Assembly: GCA_012295275.1 (NCBI GenBank)
Contig: CM022673.1
Location: 25,730,001-25,794,000, forward strand
From: Chrysomallon squamiferum
Taxonomy: Eukaryota; Animalia; Mollusca
DNA: 64,000 nt
Direction: 5' to 3'
Positions 1 through 12,300 of this stretch are shown one piece after another; the first letter of the stretch is position 1; each line of letters opens with the position of its first letter. Under the pieces are notes generated by a model. It worked only from the letters and a program-made list of their open reading frames with translations. It had not been told where the DNA came from and searched no databases. The position numbers and the translations under genes were made by a program.

Positions 1-297
1 ACATTATGTTGTTCCTATGATCTGTTCAGTTAGAACTGTTATTACAGAGAGTGATATATCTGTAGCATTTTTATTTAGTTCTAAATCTGTTCTAAATCTG
101 AATCATGAATGTAATTAAATCTGAAAATTAGATTTTTGCTTATATAGTTGTTGTTGTTTTTTTAACTGAAGTCCTTGTTTGAAAGAAATATTTTTAAAAC
201 TGTGTATTGGAAAAAACACCCCATCAATTGCTATGTTTAGGTAAAAATTTCTTGAATAAATATAATGTTTAGTGTTTTAATTCTCTGGTTTTTGCAG

Positions 298-345
298 TTG
301 GCCACAGTTTATAAGGATATGCTTCAAGAAAGAGAAAAAATAAAG
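298..345 (+). CDS. GOLGA4: GOLGA4 exon (LATVYKDMLQEREKIK)
   Basis: tttgcag acceptor, AAG|gtgtgt donor, 48 nt, phase 0-0. Confidence 0.85.
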
Positions 346-3300
346 GTGTGTAAATTTTCTGTTTTATCAAGTACTTAGAATTATGATGCTGTTGTAAAAC
401 ATTTCTAGGTGAAGATAATCTGATTCAATATAAGTGTTTAAGAGCATGTTATAATTCATAAAAATACCTGTATCATCTTTGCCAGTTGTCTGCCTAACAT
501 AATACTGAGAAGAGAGATTACTTTTAAATTTGTTCCATCAGATTTTCAGAAAAGATCTACTTTTGATTCAGTTAATTATCAAATGATTCAACATCAGTTC
601 TTTTCATAGCCCATTTTATAAAGATTCCACATTTAAACAGATTTCTTTAATAGTATAAAGAGTCTACATTTAAACAGATATCTTTAATAATATAAAGACT
701 CCACATTTAAACAGATATCTTTAATAATATAAAGCACTCACTTTTAAACAGATTTCTTTAATAATATAAAGCGCTCACTTTTAAACAGATTTCTTTCATA
801 ATATAGAATAATTTTTGGTTTTGCATTTAGAATACACTTGCTCAAACTCAGGACCGTGCATTCCGTCGTGTGTCTGAACTGAAAGAACAGATAGTTTTGG
901 ACCAGGCAGCTAAGAAAGATCTGGAAGAAAATTATAATTTTATTTTGGAAGAGAAAGACGAGTACATTAAAGTTTTACACATGCAGGTTAGTGAATAATA
1001 ACATATTAAGGAAAAGACATTTAATTTGCTTTACCACTTACAGTAAGAAAATGGCTGTCACTGAAAATTGTTAAAGGGGTTATTTCATTGGCTATGTTAG
1101 ACGTTGAGAAATGTTTAGTTAAACATTGCTGACAGCAGATTAGTTTCTTACAAAAAAAAAAAAAAAAAAAAAAATTCAATATTTTGAAGATATACATTTT
1201 GATAATTTTAATATATTTTCTAAGAGTTCAAAATTTAGAGAGAAACAAAATAGTAATTTTTTAAATTTAATGTAAAAATATTAAGAAAATTGGAAGAAAA
1301 TATCTTCTTAATTGTTAGATTTTAGATGGGCATGTAATATTAGCAGATAAAAATGATCTTGAAGCCATTTTGTCATTGCACAGCTATGACTTAAACATAA
1401 AGCAGAAAAAAAAAAAAAAAAAAAAACAACCCCCCCAAAAACATAGATATAAAAACCATTTTAGGAAAATATTATAACTTATTTATTCCTTTATATTTTT
1501 TTTTTTGTTTTTATTGTTTCAAGAAAACTGGTGTGAATTATTTTAGGTTGAACTTTTAAAAGAAGGAAAATCTATTCCACCAGAACTTCAGGATAAGCTG
1601 AAAAGAAAAAAAGAAACACCCTCACCACAACATACAGACACATACGCATCTGAAGCCGAGAAGTTGACTGAAAAGGTAATTATAATTCTTTTGTTTTATT
1701 TTATTTTATTTTTAGTACAAATCAGTTGTCTTTTATCAAGAATCTTCAGGGATAATTTTAGGGAAATCATTCAGTTATTTAGCTGAAATAATTATATGGT
1801 CAAAAAAGAAAAGAAAAGAAAAAAAAGTTTTTCAGGTGTTGATTAATGGATTGATGATCATAGTAACTGGCTTGTTTAATGGGTTGTGAACCTGTTTCCT
1901 GCTTGAATATAATAATACATAACCTTTAAGGTCTTGCCTAGTAGATTTTTCATCTTTACAGCATTGTAAACAGAATAGTGAAGTATAAATATCTAGTTTT
2001 ATTTCAAAACATCATTAACAGCATGCAAATAATCATAACTGAATACCACTGTAATGAAATAACGCGTTGCATTTGTTATGTTTGTGAGACAAATACTGGT
2101 AAACTGACAATTTATTCAGGTGAAACGCTTGGAAGGTTTGCTGAATCGATGCAAGGAGACTATCAGGAGTCTGAAGGAGAAGAATATCCATCTTGCCGAA
2201 GAAAAGGACAACCTACAGCAGAATGTTCTAGCTCAGGAACACGAACTTGAAAAACTTAAGGTATACAGCATCATGGTGTAGTGACATAGAAAAATTATGT
2301 TAGAAATTTCAATTTTTGTTTTTTTTATTTTGCTGTATTGTTAATAAAAACATCAGGAAGAAGGATCATAATGCTAAATGTTAACAAATGTATTTGTGTT
2401 GGTTTGCTTAGTTCAGATTTATTTGATACGTGTATAATGGATGACAGGATGAATACACGTTTTCTTCATTAATAAAATAATGATAAATTTAATTTCTCTG
2501 CAGCTTACAGGTTTTGGTTCCCCACCAGACACGAGCAAACTGCAGAACCAGATCAAACAGGCTCGCGAAATGATTGAACAGCTGGAATCGGACCGTGAAA
2601 TGGCCATTGCTCAGGTGAAGCAGCAGTTCCATGAACAGATAGATGAGAAAGATCAGAACTTGCAGCACATTCGACAACAGTGTCAGCAGCTTAATGAAGA
2701 CAACATTTATCTCAAAGATGCTGTTGAAAAACTGGAAAAGGCAGGCAAGTTCTTTTCTACAGGTGCACCACTGATTTTCTGGCACTGTTGGTTCCAAAGC
2801 CTTGCCAGATTAACCATTTTGCTGGACCAGCCATGGTCACATAATAATAAATCATCAACACACCTCTAACCCACCAAATATACATCTTTTATGTGTCTAA
2901 AGTATACCATGAACCACTAGAAATTTAAATTAAATAAATATTAAATGTAAATTAAATAATTAAACAAGTAAATCCAGGTGCTTGTACAATAGTACATTAG
3001 TAAAACAAGATTATTGGTATTAATTAAACAAGATTAAACAGATATTAAATGCCAATTTATTACTTTATCATAGATTGATATAGACTGGTGTTTATGTTTG
3101 ACACAATGACTAACACTTTCATTTGTCTTAGAAGCCATGGCTGGGCTTAAATTCAAGCAAAATAAGCTAAGAATCTCAAGAATTGCAGTACCACCACCAA
3201 CAAGTTCAGTATAAAGAATGTAAATAAGCATGTCTAGACACAGTACCATCTGTTGCTGCCCAGTAAACTAGTCTAGTGGCTGCAGGAATTTCAAGTTCAC

Positions 3301-6300
3301 TCATGTAATTTTTTCCAGACTAAAGTGGAGGTGCCAAACCATCAATTGTCAGAATTTCAGTGGTGTACCTGTATAATTGTTTATGCATTTCATTTGCTGT
3401 GGAACAGAAATTTATTTATAACTATGGTTTTATTAAACATTTATACATTTGGGTATCTTTACTTTTACAAATATAATTATATATGCATCTCATGAGGTTT
3501 TTCATGTATAAATGTTTATTTAAAATTTTTTAAACATTTGTTTTTTATGATTGTGAAATTATTTTTGCTGAAAATGACATGTACATTTGAAATAAACTTA
3601 CATTTTTTTACTTGTCTGTCTGTAGGTCAGGATCAGTTAGAAAAGTCTCGTGAAATAATTAAAAGATTGAATGATGAGAAGAGACAGCTGAAATCTGAGA
3701 TGGAAGAAAGGTTGTTAGCAGCAGAGCGCAGTATTGAAGAAGAAAAGCAGAATTTAATACAGGAGTTAAAACGTGGCAAAACTGAAGCTATTCATTTAAT
3801 GCAGGTAGGAATATATCATAATATTTTTTTTACATATCTTTGAATTGAAGGTTCTTATTTTTGCAGAAAGATAACGTTTTTCACTTTCATGAAATTAAGC
3901 CCTGTTTTATAAAGAATATTGTAAGGAACCAATTAAAATTGTACAAATTACAAGAAAGTATTAACACAAACAAATAAAAGAAAAACGTTTTTGACAATGA
4001 TTTAAAAAGGTAATTTTATATCATATGATTTGTTCACATTTAAAAAAAATTGTTGTGGAAAGTAACATTAATTTTGTTCATTTGTATATTTATTTTAGGA
4101 AAATAAATTTCTGCATTTCCAAATGATTTTCGTTGTTGTCATTTAATAAAAATTTCCTTTAAAAATTATTTGTTTTAAAATTAACTTATGTTCTTGATAA
4201 TAGTTCATTAATAATATATTTGTTTTTAGTCTCCTTTTAGTTTTGTATTATTTGGCTTTAATGGAAATATTTCAGCAAGAAATGGAGAAGGAACAAGCAA
4301 GACATATTGAAGAATGCATTCAAGAAAGAGATGAGTTTTGGGAAACAAAAATATCTGAGCTGGATAAAGTTCATCAAGAGGAAATTAGTTCTATGGTAAT
4401 TCTAAGTACCCATCTTGTAAAATGATGCATTTCAGAAACTTGTTTTTCCTAATAAAGAAATTTGGGCCATTTCATAGTCAAAAAATAAAAATAAATAAAT
4501 TCAAATAAAAATTAGTATGTTTTTTTTAAAAAACAGGATAAATATATAACCCTGTGCAATTTTCATGAGTTTTTTAGCAAAACAATAAAAATAAATAAAT
4601 AAATAAATTAGAAAAAAACAGGATATATATTTTTATGAATTTTTTAAAGAAATGTAATACCAAAATTTTAATTTTGTTTTAATTTTCAGTGTAAGACCAA
4701 AAGCTTAACTTTGTTTAAATGTTTGAAAACAATATGTAACAGTAGGTATATATATATTTAACTTGTAGGAAAGACAGATACTTCAGATGCAGGAGGAAAT
4801 GAGAGAGCAGAGTGAAGAAAAAGACAAACAGATGCAGTTAGCTGTGGAGGAATGCCAACTTCAGAAAATGTCTGCCTTGTCAGATCTCGATACTCAGAAA
4901 GACCAACTTCAGATGCAGATTGAAAAACTCAAATCTGTATGTTAACTGTAATAATAAATATTTGTTAGGGTTTACTAACATCAGGAGATGTCATAAATAA
5001 AAACTTACCATTTTCTACAGCATCAAAAACACAGTAGCCTGTCAGTAATATGCCTGAAAACTTCAGTATATTTAAATAATATGTCCAGAGGTAAAGTTGT
5101 GAATATTTTGTCTTTTCATTAACAATTTCTATGTTTTTTATTCCATCACTTGACCTGGTTACTGACTTTGGAGACATTGTATCTTACTTTAGATGCTTGT
5201 AGAAGAATTTACCTAGCTACTAATTTAAAATTTTCAAAAAAAAAAAACGAATGGCTAAAGTAATTTGATTCTCTTTTGTAGGAGAAAATTGAATTAAAGA
5301 ACCAGGTTGACAAGCTGCAGGATGATGCTCAGACTTTGGAAGAGATGCTGAAGTGTGAGATAGAAGAGGTGAAACTGGAATATGAGAAGGAGATACACAG
5401 GCTGAGATCTGCTCTTGAGCAGGAATCATTGCATAAAGAAAAGTATCAGCAGGCAAGTGGACGTTTTTAATCAAAATAAAGAACAGGTTAAATGAGAAAG
5501 ATTTTATGTCTGAAATAAACATTATAAAGGAATAAGATACAGGTTAACAAATGAAAAACACTGCTTCTTATGTTTGAGATTATTATATATTAATTTTTGA
5601 TCATGTCAGTATTTATATATTACTGGCTAACATATTTCAGTGAAAATTAAAGTCGTTGATGTTTTGGTTTTGGTTTTGAAATGGTGGGCTGCTGTTTGTT
5701 ATCCTCTGATACACAGGTTGACATTTACAGCAAATAACAGATTATCTAAGGGTTAATTTGAAGATCAAAAATAAAAGGGGTTTGTTTCACATGTAGAAAT
5801 AATTATTAAAATACATTCTTTTTCTGTCAAAAGATATTTCAGTTTTATATTTCCTTGCCTTATCAGATTAACATGTTTAGTGTAAATTTTTCAGGAATCA
5901 AGTTCCGAACTGGAAACACACTACCAGTCTCAGCTAGAAGCTATGAAAGATCATTTAACTAAACTTTTGGAAGAAAAGAAATTAGAACTGGAATATTGTG
6001 AACAGCAGGTTGAAGAAGTGAAAACAGCTCTTGAAGCGAAAGAGGCTGAACTGGATAGGAGAAGAGCAGACTATGAAACACACGTTTCACAGTTATACCA
6101 AACCCTGCAAGAAAAGGAAAAACTGAATGAGAAATTGCAAAAGGATATTGTGAACATTCAGACTGAATTCGAAGATAAAAGAACTCAGCTGGAACAGACT
6201 ATTGTTGAACTGCAGGGCAAGGTGAAGAGTTTGCAAGAGTCAAGTGAGAAAACAGAAAATGCTTTCTTTGATCTGCAGAAGCAGTTGGAAACTTTGTGTG

Positions 6301-9300
6301 CTGAGCATGAAACTAAAATCAAAGCCATCACTGAAGAAAAAGAAGAGTTTGTTAAAAAAAGTGAAGATCTAGAACGAATGAATCAGGAGTTTGAAGAAAG
6401 GATGCAGAGTTTAAAGAAAACCTGTCAAGAACATTGTGATTCTTTTGAGGAAGAGAAAAATCAGCTTCTTTCCCTCATCGAGACTAAAGAAATTGAAATA
6501 ACTGATCTCCAGAGACAGCTGGAAATGACTTCCAGCCAGAGTAACGAGTTTTGGAGAGAGAAGATGGAAGAGAAGGATTTAGAGATTGAAAATATTAGAA
6601 AGGAATCGACTGTACATTTACAGGATGTTGAAGAGAAATCTGAAAAACAAGTGAAGGATTTGAATGACAGATTAAATGAAATGACTCAGCAGCTGGAAGC
6701 AATGGCTGCTGAAAAAGAGTTTATACTGTTAGAGAAAGGAGACCTGGACATGAAGCTAACAGAAAAAGATAACAATATTACAAAGTTAAAAGAGATGGTT
6801 AGAAGTCTCGAAAACTGTCAGAGTGATGTGGAAATTGAAAAATCTGATCTTGAATCGAAACTTGTTTCTTTAGAGAAAATGTTGGAAGACTTGCAGACGA
6901 CTAAATCTGAACTGATCAGAAAACTGGATGAAAGTAGCGAAGCTTTGGATAAGCAAGTTGCAGAAGACAAAGAAATGTATGAAAGCAGAATCATGTCTCT
7001 GGAGAAAGATTTGTCGGAATGCATTCAGAAACTCACCGAAAATGACAAAAATATTGCTTCTAAAAATGATGAGATTGTAGCTTTGAGAACCGTTATTGAT
7101 GATAACACAGAATTCACCAAGAGTTTAGAAGCCAAAAACAGTGATCTGGAACAACTGTTGCAGCAGAAGACCTCCGACTTGAACAACAAAACCACAGAAC
7201 TCAGTCAGAGTGAAAAGAAATTCAATCAGCTTCGGGCAGAAGCCAAGACTAAAATAAAAGAACTTAGAGAAGCATTAGAGCAGATGAAGAATAAACACGA
7301 AGAAGAAATTTTGAATAAGGAAAGAGAGTGGCAGGAAAAAATATCAGTTGTAACAGCTGACAAAGACGAAGTAGTCAAAAAACTGTCAGCTCAGGTAGCC
7401 AGTTTAGAAGGTCAGCAAGATGTTGATAAAGAAAGTTTCAGACTTCAGTTCGAGGAACAGAAAAACAAATACAAAGAAGCCATGGAGCGAATGAAGAACA
7501 AATTCGATGAAAAGTTAAAAGAAAAAGAAAGAGAGTTGAAAGAGTTATTTGAGAAGGAGGTTCTTGGAGTAGAAGATGTTACTAAGAAACTTGAGGCTGC
7601 AAATGCAGAAAGGTTAGAACAACAGAATGCACAGCACCAGTTACAAATGGAAGAACTGACTAATACGTGGCAAAATAAATTAGAGGAAATCAAGAATGAA
7701 CATGAAAGAAAAGTGGTTGAGTTAAACAAAGAACATGAAGAAGTTGTAAATAGCTTAAAGTCAGCACATTCATCTAAAATAGATGAACTAACTGCATCAC
7801 ATGAAAGTGAAATGCATTCTTTACAGAAAGAACTAAAGGACCTAAAGTGTGAATTATTATCTGTCCAAGAAGTTTTGCAAGAAAAAGAAAACTATTTGTC
7901 AAAGTCAGAAGCTGAGTCTTCTGAAATTCTTCAACGGCTTCAAAGTGATATTTCAAAATTGACAGAAGATCTTTCTCAGAAAGATACAATCTTACAGAAG
8001 TTGTCAGAGGAGAAAGACAAAATAATAGAAGAGAAAGAATTGTGTATTTGTGAACTTACTGAGAAGATTTCACAATTGGAAAACTTAACATCTGAACTGA
8101 AACAACAGAACGAAGAAATTTCTGAAAAATACAGAAATGAACTTGAGGAGAAAGATGTAAAAATACAGGAAATGCAAACCAAAATTTTAAGTTTGGAGGA
8201 CGAGTTGTTGTCTGTGTATGATAAGTTAAATTCAGTTTTGGAGGAAAAGGACTGTGAAATTGAGAACCTGAAAGAGGAGGGTTCTCACTGTCATACTCAG
8301 ATTCAAGATTTGAAAAACAAACTGGCTGAAGCAGAAAACAACTGGAAGAACATCCAGTACGATAAGAAAGAAAACGAAACTCTTTTACAGAGTTTAAATG
8401 CAGAGCACAGTTCTGTGATTTCAGCTTTGAAGATGGAATTTGAAGACCAGTTGCAAAAGAAAGACAAATGTTGTGAAGAAATTCAGGGAAAGATGAAAGA
8501 ACTGGAAGGTGTGTTGAAGTCGACTGAAGAAAGGTTAACAGAGAGCATTCAGAACTATGAAACTCAAATTAAGGATTACAAACAAAAACTGGAGCATCAG
8601 GATGTTTCAGCAAATGATGAAATCAACAGGTTGAAACAGAGGCTGGCTGAGATAGAAAAAGAATCACAGCTGAAGACAGAAGAGCTACAGAAATCACTGA
8701 ACTGTCAGGCTCTGGAAAAAGAGAAGAATCTTCAGCAGGAGCTAGATGCCAGCAGAGAGGAAGTGGAGAGTTTGAAATTGTTAGTCAGTGAGAAGGTTAG
8801 TGATACGAAAGAGAAGTTTGTTGCAAAGCTCAAACAATTTCAGGCAGAGTCCAAATCAAAAATGGCTTCACTCGAAGAGAAACTAAAGAAAGAAGTGACA
8901 GAAAAGGAAGCCGTTTCATCAGAGTTGTCTCACGCAAACACACGCTTGCTGCAGATGCAGGAGCACTCAAGTTCTTCAGGGAACACCATCAAGAACTTGG
9001 AAAACAAGTGTGAAGAATTAGTGCAATCGGTGAAAGCCAAAGACATTGAAGTAGCAGAATTAAAAGAAGAATTAAACAACAAGGCTAAATCTCTTGAAGA
9101 TTTGACCATTTTGTTGGAAAACAAATCTTCTGAGATAGAACATTTGAAACAGACTTTAAGTGATCATGAAAACACTGTTGAGGAGTTGAGAAAGGAAAGT
9201 GGTGACAGGAAAAATGAACTTGAAAATTTAACAACTGTGTGTGAGAAACAGAAACTGGAGGTGGAAGAACTGACAAAGAACCTGGAAAATATTTCTCAAA

Positions 9301-12300
9301 TGTTGAGTTCAGAAAGGGAAGAAAAAGAAAGGACTTTACGTGAAAAAGAAATTCTTATTCAGCAAGCCGAAGAAAACTGTGAGACAAGACTTGCAGAACT
9401 TCAGCAAGAGTCTGACATTTGGAAAAAGAGATTTGAAGAAAATAATCAGCATGTTGAACAATTATCTAGTCTCTGTGCACAGTTTGGAGGAATCTACTAA
9501 AGAGTACGAAAATCTTAAAGAAAGTCTTAAGAAACTGCAAGCAGAAAACGACAAATTAAAAGAAGACTGTAACAAAGAGAAGGAAGAAAGAGAGAATGAG
9601 AAAAAAGAACTGGTTGCAAATCTTGAAGCTGAAAGTAACCAAAAAGTTGGTGAGTACAAGAAAAGAGCTGAAGCATACATCACACAAGTGAAGAAACAGC
9701 TCAACGATGAAAAGGAACAGGAGGTAGCTAAACACAAAGAAATCATTTCCAAACTTGAACTGGATGTGAGCAAACTGAAACTGCAGCAGGAAGAATATGT
9801 TAAAGAAAAGGAAGGTTTGCTGAAAGAGTTGGACGCATTGAAAGAAAAAACTGCAGCAGAAAATCAGTCGAAAGACCAGTCTATCCAACAAGCTCTGCTT
9901 CAGATAGAGCAGTTCAAAACTGTCGAGGCTGATCTGAGAAACAACATCAGCCAACTGAAATCTGAAAACTCAGACCTCGGTGAGAAGGTTTCTGAAACAG
10001 CAAAAAATTATGATGAAATGAAATCAGAATTTGAAAAGACTGTTGAAGATATAAAAGGTGAAAAACAGTCACTTGAAAGGAAAGTTGAAGAAAAAGAAAG
10101 AGAAAAGATATCGATTGTTGAAATGATGGAGAATCAACATTCATCTGAGCTAGAGAAACTGAGAAATGATTATGAAGATATGTTGCAAGCTAGAGAGGAT
10201 GAACAAACAATAAAAATTAAACAACTTGTTAAGGAAATGAATATAAAATTGGCTGAGAAAGAAAGAGAATTTGAGCAGAATTTCTCTCGAGCAATTGGTG
10301 AGACCCTAATTCAATCAGTTATAACACAATTTGGTACTTAAAATGTCAAAATAATTACCTTGATATATTTAAAAAAAAATCATTTTGAACAAAGTATAAG
10401 GAACACTAATAGTAAAATGTCTTAAAACAACAGACCTTTCTCAAAATGCTGCATGATACTCTATAAGCTATTGCTCATAAAGTCTAGAAATCATATAGAT
10501 AATTTATGTTAAAGCAATCATACTTCATTTAATTATAAGGAATTATCTCTTCAAACAGTACGATTCCAACAAAGTATTATGGAGATGGCTAGCTTCTACT
10601 GTATTCTTTTTTTACTAAAATCTTGCTTAAAAACATGAAAAAATAAAATAAAAGAGAGAAAGAAATTTAAGTGGATATCCCATGACACCTATATCTAAAT
10701 GACCATTGTATAAATTAAATATAATTTTTTTTTTTTTTTTTGGTTAGTATTATAAAGTAAGCTTTTAAATAATTTCACTTCATTATTGTTATCTTGTTCA
10801 GAACTTTCCAGTGAAGGCATTTGTACCACAAGAGGTATGTTTTAGCAGTTTGTCAAAGAGAAGAAAGGGACAAAAAGTTACATATTCACTGATTCATTCT
10901 TTTCAGATAAAAGTGAACTGGGTGAATCAAAGATGCTGAAGGAACACCAGCAGCAGGTGGAGGAACTGTGGAAAGATTTGTATGAGAAGGAACAAAGAAT
11001 TGAAGACATTCAACAGGAATACGAAGAAAAACTTAAAGTAGGTTATTTGTTTTACTATAAATGTATTGCTGTTGTTGTAATATCAAAACTAGATATGCCA
11101 TCTAGTTTAGGTAACGGCAACAGTTTAGGTAACCTACTGTAAATGTCTGAGTGTGTGTGAGTGTGTGTGTGTGAGTGTCTGTGTGTGCATGTGTGTGTGA
11201 ATTTACTTAAAACAGATAAAAAAGATAAAAGGGTACACATTTATTTTAGGAAAAGGACAAATATTTGAGAGAACAGATGGCATCACTTCAAGAGGAAATA
11301 ACAACTCTAAGAAGCCAGCATCAGCTGCAGATGTATGAGGTGGAGGAGAAATTTAAACAGACGCATCAAAAGAGTCTTCAGGACAAAGAGAAGTTACACC
11401 AGGAGGAGATAACTGCGCTCACTCGGGAGTGGAACAGTGAAAGAAAGGTTAGACAACTCAGTCTGATAACTCGTTTGCCATTTATATCAACGTGTATCTT
11501 TTTTTGTAATGAGCTAACAGATAAAGCATATTAGCAAGATTTTTTTTTTTTTTTTTTAATTTTTTTTTTTTTTAAAGAAGCTTTCAATGTATGTTTGGAT
11601 AACCATTTATGTTTTGTAGCTGTCATCATATTTGAATGTTATCCTAAATTAATAGTAATTTAAAACACATTTTTTGATAATTATTTCAGATGATTAGTGA
11701 TTAATATCTGTTTAATTTAGCTTTCTCTTGATTGTTTGTTTGTGCCCAGCATGTTATGTTGCCTTGTTTTGTTTTGGTTTTTTTGGTACAAAATGTTTCA
11801 GTGTTAGAAAGCATTATTTCGTGTTCTCAGTGCAGAAATGCACAGAAAATTTTATAATTTTTTTTGTAATGTTTGTTTCTGCTTAGTGTTTTCACTTTTG
11901 TGTTGTTATAGTTTGAATCTGGAGCTATACACTCGGGTGTCCCTTCTTTTGATGATGCATCAGTTAACAATGTGGAGGTATAAAATAAGTTTATCACTAC
12001 TTCATTAACTCCATACAAATAACTCTTTTCTTTCTAAATTATAATCTACATCTTTGTGCTTGAAAAAACTGGAAAGATGGGACAAAATGGAAACAAACTG
12101 CATTTGTATGTTTAATTTCTTTTTAACTTTTCCTTAAGATTTTATAAGAATTAATCATTTCGCATTTTATTTAACAGATTATAAGTGCTGCTCGATATTA
12201 TCTTTGTTTGTCAAATTTGTTTGCTGAAATTTTTATTTTAAATTTTTTTAAAGTGTATGTATATGTATATGTGATGGTGTGTTGTGTGTGTGAATGTGTG

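Noticed and set aside
6818-10144. Minus-strand ORFs within the giant GOLGA4 exon
   Set aside because: Ser/Phe/Leu-rich antisense shadows of E/K-rich coiled-coil codons; no independent coding signal
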